A stretch of 32,000 nt of DNA from Acaryochloris thomasi RCC1774 (GCF_003231495.1 NZ_PQWO01000004.1:393918-425917), one strand, 5' to 3'. Positions 1 through 9,640 are shown, numbered from the stretch's first letter. Translations and numbers: made by a program. Notes: a model not told the origin generated them from the sequence alone.

Positions 1-1990
1 CCACGCTGGGGATATCGGTAGCCGTAAACAAGAGGGTGTTTTCCCGGTGATGCTGGCTAGGGACAACGGCACCCGTGCAATCTTTGATTTGCCATTGGCT
101 GGGGGCTGCTGGGAGCTGAACGCTCGCTAGTTCTGAACGCTGCCAGTTTAGAGAGTTGAAGACGATAATCGGAACTGCATCTGTGGTCGGTGGCGTGGGC
201 AAATTGATTTGAGATGAGATCGCATCCAAAGCCCCATCAATACACTGCATCGCCGTCTGCTCCGCCGCTTCCCAGTCTCGGTTGGCGTCTTCAAACACTT
301 CAGGGATAGCCGAACCGGGCAAAATGTCGTGAAACTGATTAAACAAAACCTTTTTCCAGGCTTGCTCTAATTCTGCCTTTGGATAGGGGCAGTCGGTGAG
401 GAGGGTTGCGATCGAGCTAAACAGCTCTGCTTCCGTCAGTAAATGCTCACAGCGACGGTTGTAGCGCTTCTGATCGGCATGGCTCGTATAGCAGCCCCGA
501 TGGAATTCTAGGTATAGCTCATCATCCCAAACCGGTACATCTTGGGCTTCCGCTTCTACCTGCCGACAGAGCTGCTCCGCCGTTGTCGGCTCAAGCTGTG
601 GAAAAACTGGGGATTGCTGCCACCGCCGCGCCACTTCTAGCATATCCTTCGTGGGTCCACCGCCGTGATCCCCTACCCCAGGGAGCCAGAGACAGTTTTC
701 CACACCTGTGGATAACTCCCACCTTTGCGCGTAATCGGCCATCTTCACCGGGGTAATACTCTCACCAATGGGCGGCAGCGTGAGGCTGAAAATTTCAGTG
801 CCGTCGGGCGACTTCCATTTAAAAATCTCGTAGGGAAACTCAGTTGTATCGTTCCAGCGAAGCTTTTGGGTGACGAAATAGTCGATGCCGCCCTGCTTCA
901 GAATTTGAGGCAACTGCCAGCAAAAGCCGAAACTGTCCGGTAGCCAAGCGGTGGCGCTGAGCACTCCGAATTTTTCCTGAGCATAGCGTTGACCATAGAG
1001 AACCTGCCGGACCAGCGCTTCGCCGCTAATCAGGTTGAATTCTGGCTCAATCCACAGTCCAGCAGCGATCTCCCAACTGCCCTCGGTGACGCGCTCTTTG
1101 ATTTGCTGAAAAATCTCTGGGCGGTTGTCTTCCATCCAGGCATAAAGTGCCGGAGAAGAGTGGCAGTAGATTAGCTCCGGGAATTCAGCTTGGAGCTTAA
1201 GAACAGATTTGAAGGTGCGTTCGGCAGCCTCCCAGGTTTCGGCCACCGGCCACAGCCAAGCCATATCGAGGTGGGCATGACCAATCCAGTTGATGCGTTT
1301 TTGCTTAAGCCACGACTGCCAGGGTTCCAGGGCTTGGCGTAGCTGATGCAGGTTCTCGCTCAGTGCTGTTGGATCTTTCAGGAGAGTCCAGTCAATTGTT
1401 TGAGCGGCTTCTGATAGTTTGGGCAGATCTTCAGGCTTGAAGGTGGTCAGGTAGCTGTGGAGAACCTCTAGTTCGTCGGCCACCATTCCAGGGTCGATGA
1501 GGTTTGGGGGTTCGTAGATGAGTTGAGATCGCACCAGCGCCCCCGGATCATGTCCTGGGCTCACCAGCCGCAATGCGACAGAAATTGCATCCCCTGGCGT
1601 GACCTTCTGGCTGAGTAAAATACGGCCAAAGCAATCATAGAGATCACCCTCCTGCACTCGCTTGCCATTGACAAAGATCTCTGCGACCTCAGCCCACCAC
1701 CTTAGATCTAACCGAAGAATGCAGTCCTTTAGCGGGTAGATCTGGAGTGCTGATGGAACAACGATAGTTTGACCTAGCCACAGAATCTGCTGGCTCGCGG
1801 GCCAAGCGATGTGTTCTCGATCGTTGAGTGTCGCCTGCTCCCAAGAACTCCAGTGCTCAGCACTCAGCGACTCAGAATGGGGCAAATCACCTGAGCGAAT
1901 GCCCCAACTTGTTTGGATATCTCGGTGGGTGAGTGCTCTGAGCTTTTGTGCTGCATCGTGTACGGTGCTTTGTACTGCAGTTGACGGCAT
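1..1990 (-). CDS. Glycoside hydrolase family 38 alpha-mannosidase; N-terminal ~660 aa, 3' end runs off the window
   Basis: I translated the minus strand by hand from the ATG at 1990 (MPSTAVQSTVHDAAQKLRAL...). It is open all the way to position 1. It contains RINWIGHAHLDMAWLWP, LPDSFGF, GVGDHGGGP and NQFHDILPGS, which are characteristic GH38 blocks. The ORF track omits it because it has no in-window stop. An in-frame stop lies at ~2099-2101. The ATG at 1990 is the first ATG after it, but a TTG or CTG start further upstream is possible. Confidence 0.85.
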   Translation of the reverse strand, partial: MPSTAVQSTVHDAAQKLRALTHRDIQTSWGIRSGDLPHSESLSAEHWSSWEQATLNDREHIAWPASQQILWLGQTIVVPSALQIYPLKDCILRLDLRWWAEVAEIFVNGKRVQEGDLYDCFGRILLSQKVTPGDAISVALRLVSPGHDPGALVRSQLIYEPPNLIDPGMVADELEVLHSYLTTFKPEDLPKLSEAAQTIDWTLLKDPTALSENLHQLRQALEPWQSWLKQKRINWIGHAHLDMAWLWPVAETWEAAERTFKSVLKLQAEFPELIYCHSSPALYAWMEDNRPEIFQQIKERVTEGSWEIAAGLWIEPEFNLISGEALVRQVLYGQRYAQEKFGVLSATAWLPDSFGFCWQLPQILKQGGIDYFVTQKLRWNDTTEFPYEIFKWKSPDGTEIFSLTLPPIGESITPVKMADYAQRWELSTGVENCLWLPGVGDHGGGPTKDMLEVARRWQQSPVFPQLEPTTAEQLCRQVEAEAQDVPVWDDELYLEFHRGCYTSHADQKRYNRRCEHLLTEAELFSSIATLLTDCPYPKAELEQAWKKVLFNQFHDILPGSAIPEVFEDANRDWEAAEQTAMQCIDGALDAISSQINLPTPPTTDAVPIIVFNSLNWQRSELASVQLPAAPSQWQIKDCTGAVVPSQHHRENTLLFTATDIPSV

Positions 1991-2182
1991 ACTGAGTTCC
2001 TGAGAAAATTTTGCCTCATTTTCCTCCAACCGTAGCAGAGCTGATGCAATCGTACAGCCATATCTATAAGGATCGAGCCAACTGGGCTCGATAAGTGGTT
2101 ACTAGATCTGCAACCAACACTCTGATATTGCGTCCATTGCATCATACTCATTAATACGTAATCCGAACGCTCCGAAACCCTT

Positions 2183-5100
2183 ATGCATTGGCTTCCGTGT
2201 CGCCTCTACCGACTTCCTCGATTGCTTGCCCCCTCTCTCTGCCTACTGATGGGTATTGAGGGCCAATGGGGCCTGAACAATGCCAGGGCCTATCGCTTAG
2301 ATTCGCCTCAATTAGGCTCCAGCCCACGTTTTAGGGTGGATGACGCTCTACGCAGCCAGCCACCGCTGAGAGCAATTGAGTTCAAGGAGCATGAACGCTT
2401 CTCTTCAGCTCTTACCTCTCGTGACCTCAACTCACAGCAACTGGAGCGGGCGATCGCAGAGCAAGAGTCGGATAATCAATACGCGCAAGCACCTAAGCCC
2501 ACGTCCGGAACGACTGGACAATCAGTCCCAGACGATCTGAACCCGAGACAGCGACGCGATCTGTCCATAGCAAAGGAGAGCAGTACACAGGTCATCGAGC
2601 TTCGTCGAAAAGGGCAGTACGGCAAAGCGCTCCCCCTGGCTGAAAGAGTCCTGAAGCTACGCGAAAATGTATTGGGTCCTCGCCATATTCTCGTCGCGAC
2701 CAGCCTCAACAATTTGGCGCTGCTCTATTCTGATCAGGGGCAATATGAAAGAGCAATATCTCTATTTCAAAGATCGATACAAGTTAGTGAGGCTCTGTTA
2801 GGGGCATATCATCCTAAGGTCGCCGTCAGCTTGAACAATTTAGCAGGCGTATATTTTGACATAGGTGACTATACACAGGCAAAATCCCTTTTTCAGCGCA
2901 CGATCGGCATTTACGAACAGGCTCTAGGCCCTGAACATTTGAGAATTGCCGCGAGTCTGAGTAATCTAGCCGTGCTGCAGACCGAGCTCGGAAACAACGG
3001 TCAAGCAGAGTTGCTCCACCAACGCGCACTCAAGATTTATAAAGAAAACCTGGGTGTCGATCATCCTAGCGTCGCTACGAGTCTCAATAACCTTGCCTAT
3101 CACTATACAAATCTCGGGAACTACCGCAAAGGAGAAGCGCTCTACCAGCAGGCATTGGAGATTAGTGAAAAAGCGCTGGGTCCCAATCATCCTAGCGTTG
3201 CCGTGAGCCTCAATAATCTTGCAATTCTGTACAGCAGTCAGGAAGACTACGCAAGGGCAGAACCTCTACATCAAAGGGCGCTTCGCATTAACGAAAAAGT
3301 CTTAGGCGCAGATCATCCCAAGATTGCCACAGATCTCCAAAATCTAGCGCAGCTCTACAGTAAGCAAGATAACTATAGGAAAGCAGAACCGATGTATCAG
3401 CGCGCGCTCCGCATCCAGAGAAAAACGGTGGGAGACCAACATCCGCGAGTGGCCAATAGTTTAAGTGGTCTGGCATGGCTGTATCGGGGGCAGGCCCAGT
3501 ATGACAAAGCGGAATCACTGTTTCGAGAGGCACTGGACATCTATCAGTCGGCTTTTGGCCCCACTCATCCTTGGGTTGCAAATGCCTTCAGCAATCTGGC
3601 GTGGCTCTACCAGGCTCAGGATAAAACGACTCGTACCTACGAGGTGCTAAAACAGGCAATTGCGATTGAAGAACAAAATTTAAAGTCAGTTCTATCGATT
3701 GGGTCGGAAGCGAAGAAACGCTCCTATATCAAAACGTTGTCTCGGAAGACAAATGCCACCATCTCTAATCATCTGCAGCAATCTCCCCGTAATCTACAGT
3801 CCGCACAACTTGCCTTTAGGACAGTTTTACAGCGCAAAGGGCGTATTCTTGCAGCACTAACCGATAGTTTCCAGAGCTTGCGCCAAGACCTAACACCCGC
3901 AGATCAAACGCTGTTTGATCGTCTTCAGAAGGCGCGATCTCAATACGCAACGTTGATGCTAAAAAATACTGGAGGCCAGAGCGCGCTGGATCAAGATCTT
4001 ATTCGCTTCTTCAAAGATCAGGAAGAAGCACTCGAAGAGCAGCTTGCCCGTCGGAGTATCGAGTTTCGCACGGAAAACCAACCCGTCACAATCGCAGCCA
4101 TTCAGCAACAGCTACCTGCCCATGCTGCCCTCGTTGAGCTGATCCGATATCGCCCTTACAATACCCGGGCACGTCGTCAAGTCGAACAGTGGCAGGCTCC
4201 TCATTATGCAGCCTACATCCTCAGGGCCGAGGGGCAAGTGCAGTGGGTCGATCTTGGCGAAGCAGAACCGATCGACCAGTCTATCTTTCAGTTCCGCACG
4301 GCTCTTGAATCTCGCTCAATTACCATTCAAGCAATTGCTCGTCGCCTTGATCAGCAAGTGATGCAGCCCATTCGAGCGAAGTTAGGCAATACCCGTCAGC
4401 TTCTGCTCTCTCCCGATAGTCAACTGAACCTAATCTCTTTTGCCGCACTCGTTGATGAAAACAATCAATACCTTGTCGAGACCTACGACATCACGTATCT
4501 GTCCTCTGGTCGAGACCTGCTGCGTTTACAGTCAACAGCGGCAAAATCTAGCCTTCAGCCGCCGCTCATTATGGCCAACCCTGACTACCAAAAGTCAGGG
4601 GCCATTGCCAAAGGTGCGATCGCAAACAAGAATCGCGGCTCCCGCGATCTGAATCTCACGTTCGGTCCCCTCCCTGGTACTCAGCAGGAAGCGGCCCAGC
4701 TCCATAGGCTGTTGCCGAAAGCGACTCTTTTGACCGCAGACCAAGCCACTGAGAATATCCTCAAACAAGTCAAATCCCCTCGAATTCTTCACATCGCCAC
4801 CCACGGTTTCTTTTTAGAGACCGATCTAGAGGCCGCTTTAAATCCCAGCGCTGATCGAGCCGGCATTAGTATCATTTCTTCAGTAGCTCGTCCGAAGACA
4901 ACGCAGAAATCCTACGAGAACCCACTGCTGCGCTCAGGTTTAGCCCTTGCTGGCGCAAACACCCGTCGTAGCGGCGAAGAGGATGGTATTTTCACCGCTT
5001 TAGAAGCAACGGGTCTGAATTTGCGCGGGACCCAGCTCGTTGTTCTGTCTGCCTGTGAAACCGGATTGGGTGATGTCGCTAACGGTGAAGGCGTTTATGG

Positions 5101-5338
5101 TCTCCGTCGAGCGTTCGTGATGGCAGGGTCTGAAAGTCAGGTGCTCAGCCTCTGGAAAGTGGATGATGTGGGCACCAAAGACCTGATGGTGAAATACTAT
5201 CAGCGCTTACTGCAGCAGGCGGGGCGTAGCGAAGCATTGCGTCAGACTCAGCTAGAAATGCTCAGGAGTCAGAAATATCAGCATCCCTACTACTGGGCTG
5301 CCTTTATTCCTTCGGGAAACTGGAAGCCAATGAATTGA
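2183..5338 (+). CDS. TPR-repeat protein with C-terminal CHAT (caspase-like) domain
   Basis: About 9 tandem 42-aa kinesin-light-chain-type TPR units are present (VATSLNNLALLY...YERA..L.QRAL.I.E..LG..HP). The C-terminal region has the CHAT His/Cys dyad context HIATHGFF and LVVLSACETG, and ends YYWAAFIPSGNW. The true start within the first ~100 codons is uncertain. Confidence 0.85.
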   Translation: MHWLPCRLYRLPRLLAPSLCLLMGIEGQWGLNNARAYRLDSPQLGSSPRFRVDDALRSQPPLRAIEFKEHERFSSALTSRDLNSQQLERAIAEQESDNQYAQAPKPTSGTTGQSVPDDLNPRQRRDLSIAKESSTQVIELRRKGQYGKALPLAERVLKLRENVLGPRHILVATSLNNLALLYSDQGQYERAISLFQRSIQVSEALLGAYHPKVAVSLNNLAGVYFDIGDYTQAKSLFQRTIGIYEQALGPEHLRIAASLSNLAVLQTELGNNGQAELLHQRALKIYKENLGVDHPSVATSLNNLAYHYTNLGNYRKGEALYQQALEISEKALGPNHPSVAVSLNNLAILYSSQEDYARAEPLHQRALRINEKVLGADHPKIATDLQNLAQLYSKQDNYRKAEPMYQRALRIQRKTVGDQHPRVANSLSGLAWLYRGQAQYDKAESLFREALDIYQSAFGPTHPWVANAFSNLAWLYQAQDKTTRTYEVLKQAIAIEEQNLKSVLSIGSEAKKRSYIKTLSRKTNATISNHLQQSPRNLQSAQLAFRTVLQRKGRILAALTDSFQSLRQDLTPADQTLFDRLQKARSQYATLMLKNTGGQSALDQDLIRFFKDQEEALEEQLARRSIEFRTENQPVTIAAIQQQLPAHAALVELIRYRPYNTRARRQVEQWQAPHYAAYILRAEGQVQWVDLGEAEPIDQSIFQFRTALESRSITIQAIARRLDQQVMQPIRAKLGNTRQLLLSPDSQLNLISFAALVDENNQYLVETYDITYLSSGRDLLRLQSTAAKSSLQPPLIMANPDYQKSGAIAKGAIANKNRGSRDLNLTFGPLPGTQQEAAQLHRLLPKATLLTADQATENILKQVKSPRILHIATHGFFLETDLEAALNPSADRAGISIISSVARPKTTQKSYENPLLRSGLALAGANTRRSGEEDGIFTALEATGLNLRGTQLVVLSACETGLGDVANGEGVYGLRRAFVMAGSESQVLSLWKVDDVGTKDLMVKYYQRLLQQAGRSEALRQTQLEMLRSQKYQHPYYWAAFIPSGNWKPMN

Positions 5339-5695
5339 GCACAACTATAGAGATCGTCTGCTTAAGTCAGTTCTCCATTGACAAAACTTCACCACCCTCA
5401 GCCCACCCTCTCAGATCTCGCCCTACGTCAGTATTCTGAGCCGGTGAGCCGAGTCTTTGATAACATCGTGAGCGAGCTGCATGAGCTGCATGTTGATTCC
5501 TCTGAAGTCCCTACCTTACCTATCATCTAACTGTATTAGACTCAATAAATCTTCGGGGCGAGGCACAAACATTACGACGGCCTACGGCCGAACGATTCGC
5601 TAAGAAAGAGCTTCACTTTTCATCTCACCCAGCCGACTAGCAACCACAAGACTGAGGCCAGATCTAAATTCAAGACCTTACAAAGGCCCATCGCC

Positions 5696-5974
5696 TTACT
5701 TGCCTGAAGACCTATAAATCCTAAGTTTTTGAGTAGCACATTTGAAGCGATCGCCCTGCACCTCTCGCCGGCTGGCATGTTTCGTCTTGCGGCCAGACAC
5801 TCGCTTACGCCAAAGCCTAAAGCTAGAGGGCTTCATTTCTCGGCGCATCAGAGCAATAACCTGTTTCTCTTGTAAACCGAACTGGTACTCAATCGCATCA
5901 AAAGGCGTCCGATCTTCCCACGCCATTTCAATGATGCGATTGATAGCAACAGCATCAACTGCGGGCTGTTTCAT
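5696..5974 (-). CDS. TIGR03643/DUF2805 family protein
   Basis: The 92-aa ORF carries IIEMAWEDRTPFDAIEYQFGL.E..VI.LMRREMKPSSFRLWRKRVSGRKTKH, which matches my memory of this small conserved family. Confidence 0.8.
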   Translation of the reverse strand: MKQPAVDAVAINRIIEMAWEDRTPFDAIEYQFGLQEKQVIALMRREMKPSSFRLWRKRVSGRKTKHASRREVQGDRFKCATQKLRIYRSSGK

Positions 5975-5982
5975 ATTTGAGG

Positions 5983-6093
5983 TTAAGGGTGAAAGAGCAG
6001 ATCAGGGAAAAAGCGGTTGACTTCAATAAGTAGACCCGCAGTGAAGACAAACCAAACGGTTGCGATAACGGGGGCAGAGGTAAGAATTTTCAT
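5983..6093 (-). CDS. psaJ: Photosystem I reaction centre subunit IX (PsaJ)
   Basis: Hand translation gives [36 protein letters not shown] (36 aa). It matches the PsaJ signature S(T)APV...TAG(I/L)LIE(F/V)NRF(Y/F)PDLLFHP. It falls below the ORF-track length cutoff. Start codon is at 6093-6091 and stop at 5985-5983. Confidence 0.85.
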   Translation of the reverse strand: MKILTSAPVIATVWFVFTAGLLIEVNRFFPDLLFHP

Positions 6094-6128
6094 GGGTGAC
6101 TCTCAAGTAATAAAGAACAGAACGAAAC

Positions 6129-6503
6129 TTAGCCAGGATTACTGCCTGTGATAGAGCTACTGTCGGCAACAACAGCCGTTGACTCAACGCCGCTCGCCTT
6201 CGGCTCAACCTGCACCAAAAGTCGAGGGACTTCTCGAACATTTGGCCAGTTGGAGTAAAGCACCTGTGCGCCCTTGACATCGTAGGTTTCACCAATTTCA
6301 CCCAGTGATTCCCATAGAGGCTGCAGCGATAAGTCGCCATCAAAGTTTGGTGAGACCAGCATCGTACGATCCGTCTCGATCTCGTTAAGGAAGTATGACT
6401 GATTGCTGGATTCTGTGGCCTGAGCAGCTTGCCCTAAACCCATGCTGAGCCAGAGGACACCACATAGAATGGCAGACATCAAAGTAGATACAGGTTTTTT
6501 CAC
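6129..6503 (-). CDS. Hypothetical secreted protein
   Basis: This is a 124-aa ORF with an N-terminal signal-like segment (MKKPVSTLMSAILCGVLWLSMGLGQAAQA). I do not recognise a family. It is not PsaF-like despite lying just upstream of psaJ. Confidence 0.5.
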   Translation of the reverse strand: MKKPVSTLMSAILCGVLWLSMGLGQAAQATESSNQSYFLNEIETDRTMLVSPNFDGDLSLQPLWESLGEIGETYDVKGAQVLYSNWPNVREVPRLLVQVEPKASGVESTAVVADSSSITGSNPG

Positions 6504-6683
6504 GGTTCAGGAACTCTGTGTTAAGAAATATGAATAAAGTATAAAGTAATTAACATTTCTCTGCAATGTCTGATGCGTAAGGTTATCAGCCTGACAGAAG
6601 CTCACTCGCAATAAAAAGAGTACGATCCTGACAGGCTCTTCCATCACGAAATTGAGCGCGTTCATTTATTTTGCTGAGAGACT

Positions 6684-6872
6684 ATGCAAACGACAGAGGA
6701 CTATCAATGCGCTTACTGTGGCGAGTCCAGCACAACCTTTATCGATATCAGTGCGGGATATGAGCAGTCCTACATTGAGGACTGCCAGGTTTGCTGTCGT
6801 CCCAATCAGTTCTTCGTTTCTATTGATCGAGAGAATTTAGACGTTCAAATCACCACTGACTATCGTGAGTAG
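6684..6872 (+). CDS. CPXCG-motif cysteine-rich (zinc-ribbon-like) small protein
   Basis: The 62-aa ORF has CAYCG near the N-terminus and YIEDCQVCCRPN further on. This is the typical layout of the CPXCG family. Confidence 0.7.
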   Translation: MQTTEDYQCAYCGESSTTFIDISAGYEQSYIEDCQVCCRPNQFFVSIDRENLDVQITTDYRE

Positions 6873-6947
6873 CGGATGCCCTATTGCAGGCATCTCTAAT
6901 GTGATGGCCACGTTGATCCAGGCTGCTGACCGTTTAGGGGATTTTCT

Positions 6948-7943
6948 ATGTGGTTTGAAGAATTAACAGGCTTTCGAGAAGAGTCTCCTGAACAGGTCCG
7001 AAACGGTCTAACTGTTTCTGGCAATACGATCACCTCTAAGATAAATGGCAGGACGATGACCTGTGGTCGCTTAGAAACGCCGACGCTGTCCGATCTGCGC
7101 GCCCAGGTCTCAAGGCATCGATCAGTAAGCGGGCAACTAAAGCTGCATGAGATCGTTGGTGACGCCAAGCAACTGCATATAGATGTTGCCAATGCAGGGG
7201 CTTTGTTCCAAGTAGCCTCTCAATTCAATCTGTTGGAGATGGTTTCGCCATCCGTTACTCCAGAAGCGGGTGTGGGGATTTATGGATCTGATCCGACGCA
7301 GGGGCCAGCCTGTGCGATCGCATCTGGGGCGGGCACTATTTATCGCAACTATTTCGCCCACGTCAATGGACAGATTGGACAGTCGACTGACAATCAAATT
7401 GACTGTCTTCTGGATGTGGGTCAGGCGCTGGACAATACCAATGAACGTCTATGGAAAATGCAAAATGGTTACGCTCTAGCCTCTGAAGATGGACTCATTG
7501 AGATCTCTAAACGCATTGGCTCTATGTCAGAAGTTGAGTGTGACGCTTTGCGACAAACCCTACGCATTGGCATCCAATGGGATACTCAGGTGACGCTTGC
7601 GAACTGCAAACATACGGTCACGCAAGCCTATTGTTCAGCTTTGCCTGTTGCCTACTCACCGCATCCTGAAACTTTGTGGGCTGATTTTGCTCGGCTTGTT
7701 CTTGAAGCGTCCTACGAAGCGACGCTCTGCGCGGCGCTCTTGAATTTTGCCCACACCGGCAACAATCAGGTTTTCTTGACGCTGATTGGCGGTGGCGTCT
7801 TCGGCAATCGTGATAGCTGGATTTTTGCCGCCATCCAACGGGCACTTCAGAAATTTACTGATGCTGATCTGGATGTTGCGATCGTCAGCTATGGGGCTTC
7901 AAAAACTTCGGTTCGTGAGTCTGTGTCGTCCTGGCAGCGATAA
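6948..7943 (+). CDS. Conserved hypothetical protein; weak macrodomain-like hints
   Basis: This is a clean 331-aa ORF with a GGGGA stretch just upstream of the ATG. Motifs include FQVASQFNLLEM, TQGPACAIASGAGTIYRNYF and LIGGGVFGN. The last resembles a macrodomain phosphate-binding loop, but I cannot assign a family. Confidence 0.5.
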   Translation: MWFEELTGFREESPEQVRNGLTVSGNTITSKINGRTMTCGRLETPTLSDLRAQVSRHRSVSGQLKLHEIVGDAKQLHIDVANAGALFQVASQFNLLEMVSPSVTPEAGVGIYGSDPTQGPACAIASGAGTIYRNYFAHVNGQIGQSTDNQIDCLLDVGQALDNTNERLWKMQNGYALASEDGLIEISKRIGSMSEVECDALRQTLRIGIQWDTQVTLANCKHTVTQAYCSALPVAYSPHPETLWADFARLVLEASYEATLCAALLNFAHTGNNQVFLTLIGGGVFGNRDSWIFAAIQRALQKFTDADLDVAIVSYGASKTSVRESVSSWQR

Positions 7944-8010
7944 AGCCTTTCATTGCTTGAAAATCAGGACAATTTGGGCACTCTGAAGGATAGACATTGG
8001 GGCAACAAGA

Positions 8011-8592
8011 ATGAATCGCATTGGATTTGGGCTGCTGTTATCTATGCTGTGTGTCAGCTACGCAGCTCCTGTCAAATCACTTGAGCCTCGCCCAGCGGGA
8101 GTCTCGAAGATTGAGACCGAAAACGGCGTCGTGGCTTACCAGTTTGAACCCAACTCTCAGCAGTTCCCTCCCAAGCTCCATAACTGGGAGGTCTTGCTCA
8201 ACAAAGTTGATAGTCAGGGGCGCTATGAAATTGTCCAGATCACACATAGCCTTACCAGTGGTCAAACCCAAGCCAATGTCTTGATTCCTGACGATATGGT
8301 GATTCCCAACGCTGACGGCTATATCCATTTTGACCTTCATGTGGGGGATACAGAACCCACTCAAAACGCGAACGGGACGGGCAACCTGGGGCACTCAATT
8401 ATCTTTTCGGGTAACGGCACAGGGACAGGGGCGTCGAGTTCAGTGATTTTGCCAGGAAGCAGTGTCAGGGCTGCGACACCATCGCTTCAGGGTGCATCGC
8501 TGTCGGCAGGACAACTGCGCCTGATTCGATATGTTGTGACGGATGCTGTCGGTGAAGACTCTGTTGTCGAGGTTGTCCTCCGTCGTCAATAA
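8011..8592 (+). CDS. Hypothetical secreted protein
   Basis: The 193-aa ORF has a signal-peptide-like N-terminus (MNRIGFGLLLSMLCVSYAAP). I do not recognise a family. Confidence 0.5.
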   Translation: MNRIGFGLLLSMLCVSYAAPVKSLEPRPAGVSKIETENGVVAYQFEPNSQQFPPKLHNWEVLLNKVDSQGRYEIVQITHSLTSGQTQANVLIPDDMVIPNADGYIHFDLHVGDTEPTQNANGTGNLGHSIIFSGNGTGTGASSSVILPGSSVRAATPSLQGASLSAGQLRLIRYVVTDAVGEDSVVEVVLRRQ

Positions 8593-8679
8593 AGCTGCTT
8601 GGGCTGAGGCCCATGAATTAATGTTTGACCCGTAAGATGAAGAGTGCTGATAAATCACTAGTTCTGACTTTGGCATTCT

Positions 8680-8895
8680 ATGTCTAATCTCTCTCAAGTC
8701 TTGGCCCAAGAACTCTCGCTGCGTCTGAGTCAGGTTGAAAATGCGATCTCACTTCTTTCAGAGGAAGCCACTATCTCGTTCAATGCCCGCTACCGCAAAG
8801 AACGCACCGGAGAAATGGATGAAACTAACTGTGACAGCTTTAGAACGCTACGCCTACTTCACAAAACTGGAGGCATTAGGGGCCAGATTGATACG
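8680..8895 (+). pseudogene. Decayed duplicate of the tex 5' end (frameshifted fragment)
   Basis: The first ~49 codons (MSNLSQVLAQELSLRLSQVENAISLLSEEATISFNARYRKERTGEMDET) parallel Tex at 9789 (MTNFSQSLAQELSLRPCQVESAIALLSEGATIPFIARYRKERTGEMDET). Nucleotide similarity continues to ~8895 but with a 1-nt loss (cagctctcag vs cagctttag) that breaks the frame. The listed 80-aa ORF (8680-8922) therefore ends in unrelated residues. Confidence 0.8.
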
Positions 8896-8942
8896 ATAGA
8901 TATAGCTGATGGTCACTACTGATCTAGTCGAGGGATGCAGAA

Positions 8943-9233
8943 ATGCAAACGATTAAAACGAAGGCGCAAATTAATACAGATCGGACGCTGACGGTACAGT
9001 TACCTGCTGATTTGCAGGTGGGCGAGTATGATGTGGTCGTAGTGCTAGATAAATCGTCTAAGAAACAGGTTGAGCCGCATATACTGCAGGCTGTTGAGGA
9101 GGTTCCCCTTGCTGATCGTTGGGAACAATGGTTCGATGAAGTTGAAAAACTGCCTCTAAAAGAGAATGTAGAGGAGCAGAGTTTTCATGAGATTTTGGTC
9201 GAGAAATATCGCAAGCAAGGCCTTGAACTATGA
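8943..9233 (+). CDS. Putative type II antitoxin (partner of the PIN toxin)
   Basis: This 96-aa ORF has a stop that overlaps the downstream PIN gene start by 4 nt (ATGA at 9230-9233). Its N-terminus, MQTIKTKAQINTDRTLTVQLPADLQVGEYDVVVVLD, resembles small cyanobacterial antitoxin-like proteins. The assignment rests mainly on context. Confidence 0.55.
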   Translation: MQTIKTKAQINTDRTLTVQLPADLQVGEYDVVVVLDKSSKKQVEPHILQAVEEVPLADRWEQWFDEVEKLPLKENVEEQSFHEILVEKYRKQGLEL

Positions 9234-9640
9234 TTTTGTGCGATACGGGCGTGTTGTTTAGCATGGTCGATCGCACTCAGCCTCGGCACGATGATTGTCG
9301 AAGGGCGGTCATTGGCTTGCAGGAAGTTTTGATTACGACTTGGGCTTGCTTGACTGAGGTGATGTATTTGTCACTTGGGAAGGGCGGTTGGGCCATGCAG
9401 AAGCAGGTGGCTAAATATCTTGTTGATGGCTTGCTGAAGATTCACGAGATTCAACGTGATGATTATGGTCGCTTGTTTGAGCTGATGGAGAAGTATCAGG
9501 ATCGGCCAATGGACTTGGCGGATGCTACTTTAGTCTTGACTGCGGAGAAAACGGGGGAGAGTCGCATCTTAACGCTTGACGCTGATTTTTTATTCTACCA
9601 AATTTCTGACAAGACGAGTTTTGACATCATTGAGATCTGA
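9230..9640 (+). CDS. PIN-domain ribonuclease toxin (VapC-like)
   Basis: The 136-aa ORF has PIN acidic positions: MILCDTGVL (Asp5), LTEVMYL, DLADATLVLTAE and LTLDADF. It is translationally coupled to the upstream small ORF. Confidence 0.8.
   Translation: MILCDTGVLFSMVDRTQPRHDDCRRAVIGLQEVLITTWACLTEVMYLSLGKGGWAMQKQVAKYLVDGLLKIHEIQRDDYGRLFELMEKYQDRPMDLADATLVLTAEKTGESRILTLDADFLFYQISDKTSFDIIEI

Noticed and set aside
725-2151. Four short track ORFs: 725-943, 989-1174 and 1809-2003 on the plus strand, and 1864-2151 on the minus strand.
   Set aside because: Most of this span lies inside the GH38 alpha-mannosidase reading frame, which is continuous on the minus strand from 1990 to position 1. All four are antisense or off-frame shadows, and only the upstream end of 1864-2151 extends beyond the 1990 start.
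2476-4804. Multiple 60-100-aa ORFs, antisense or off-frame, within the TPR-CHAT gene. The same pattern occurs inside tex, the NRPS, M16, ABC, NTase and AAA-WD40 genes.
   Set aside because: These are shadow ORFs inside long coding regions that carry clear family motifs. None shows motif content of its own.
5368-5530. A possible ~50-aa TTG-initiated ORF (…QPTLSDLALRQYSEPVSRVFDNIVSELHELHVD…) plus a gagctgcat 9-nt tandem repeat in the CHAT-downstream spacer.
   Set aside because: There is no ATG or Shine-Dalgarno and no recognisable family. It could be a gene remnant, but I cannot support a call.
6023-6343. A 106-aa minus-strand ORF that overlaps psaJ and the 3' end of the secreted-protein gene.
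   Set aside because: It is out of frame with both better-supported genes, is Cys/Arg-rich, and contains no recognisable motif.
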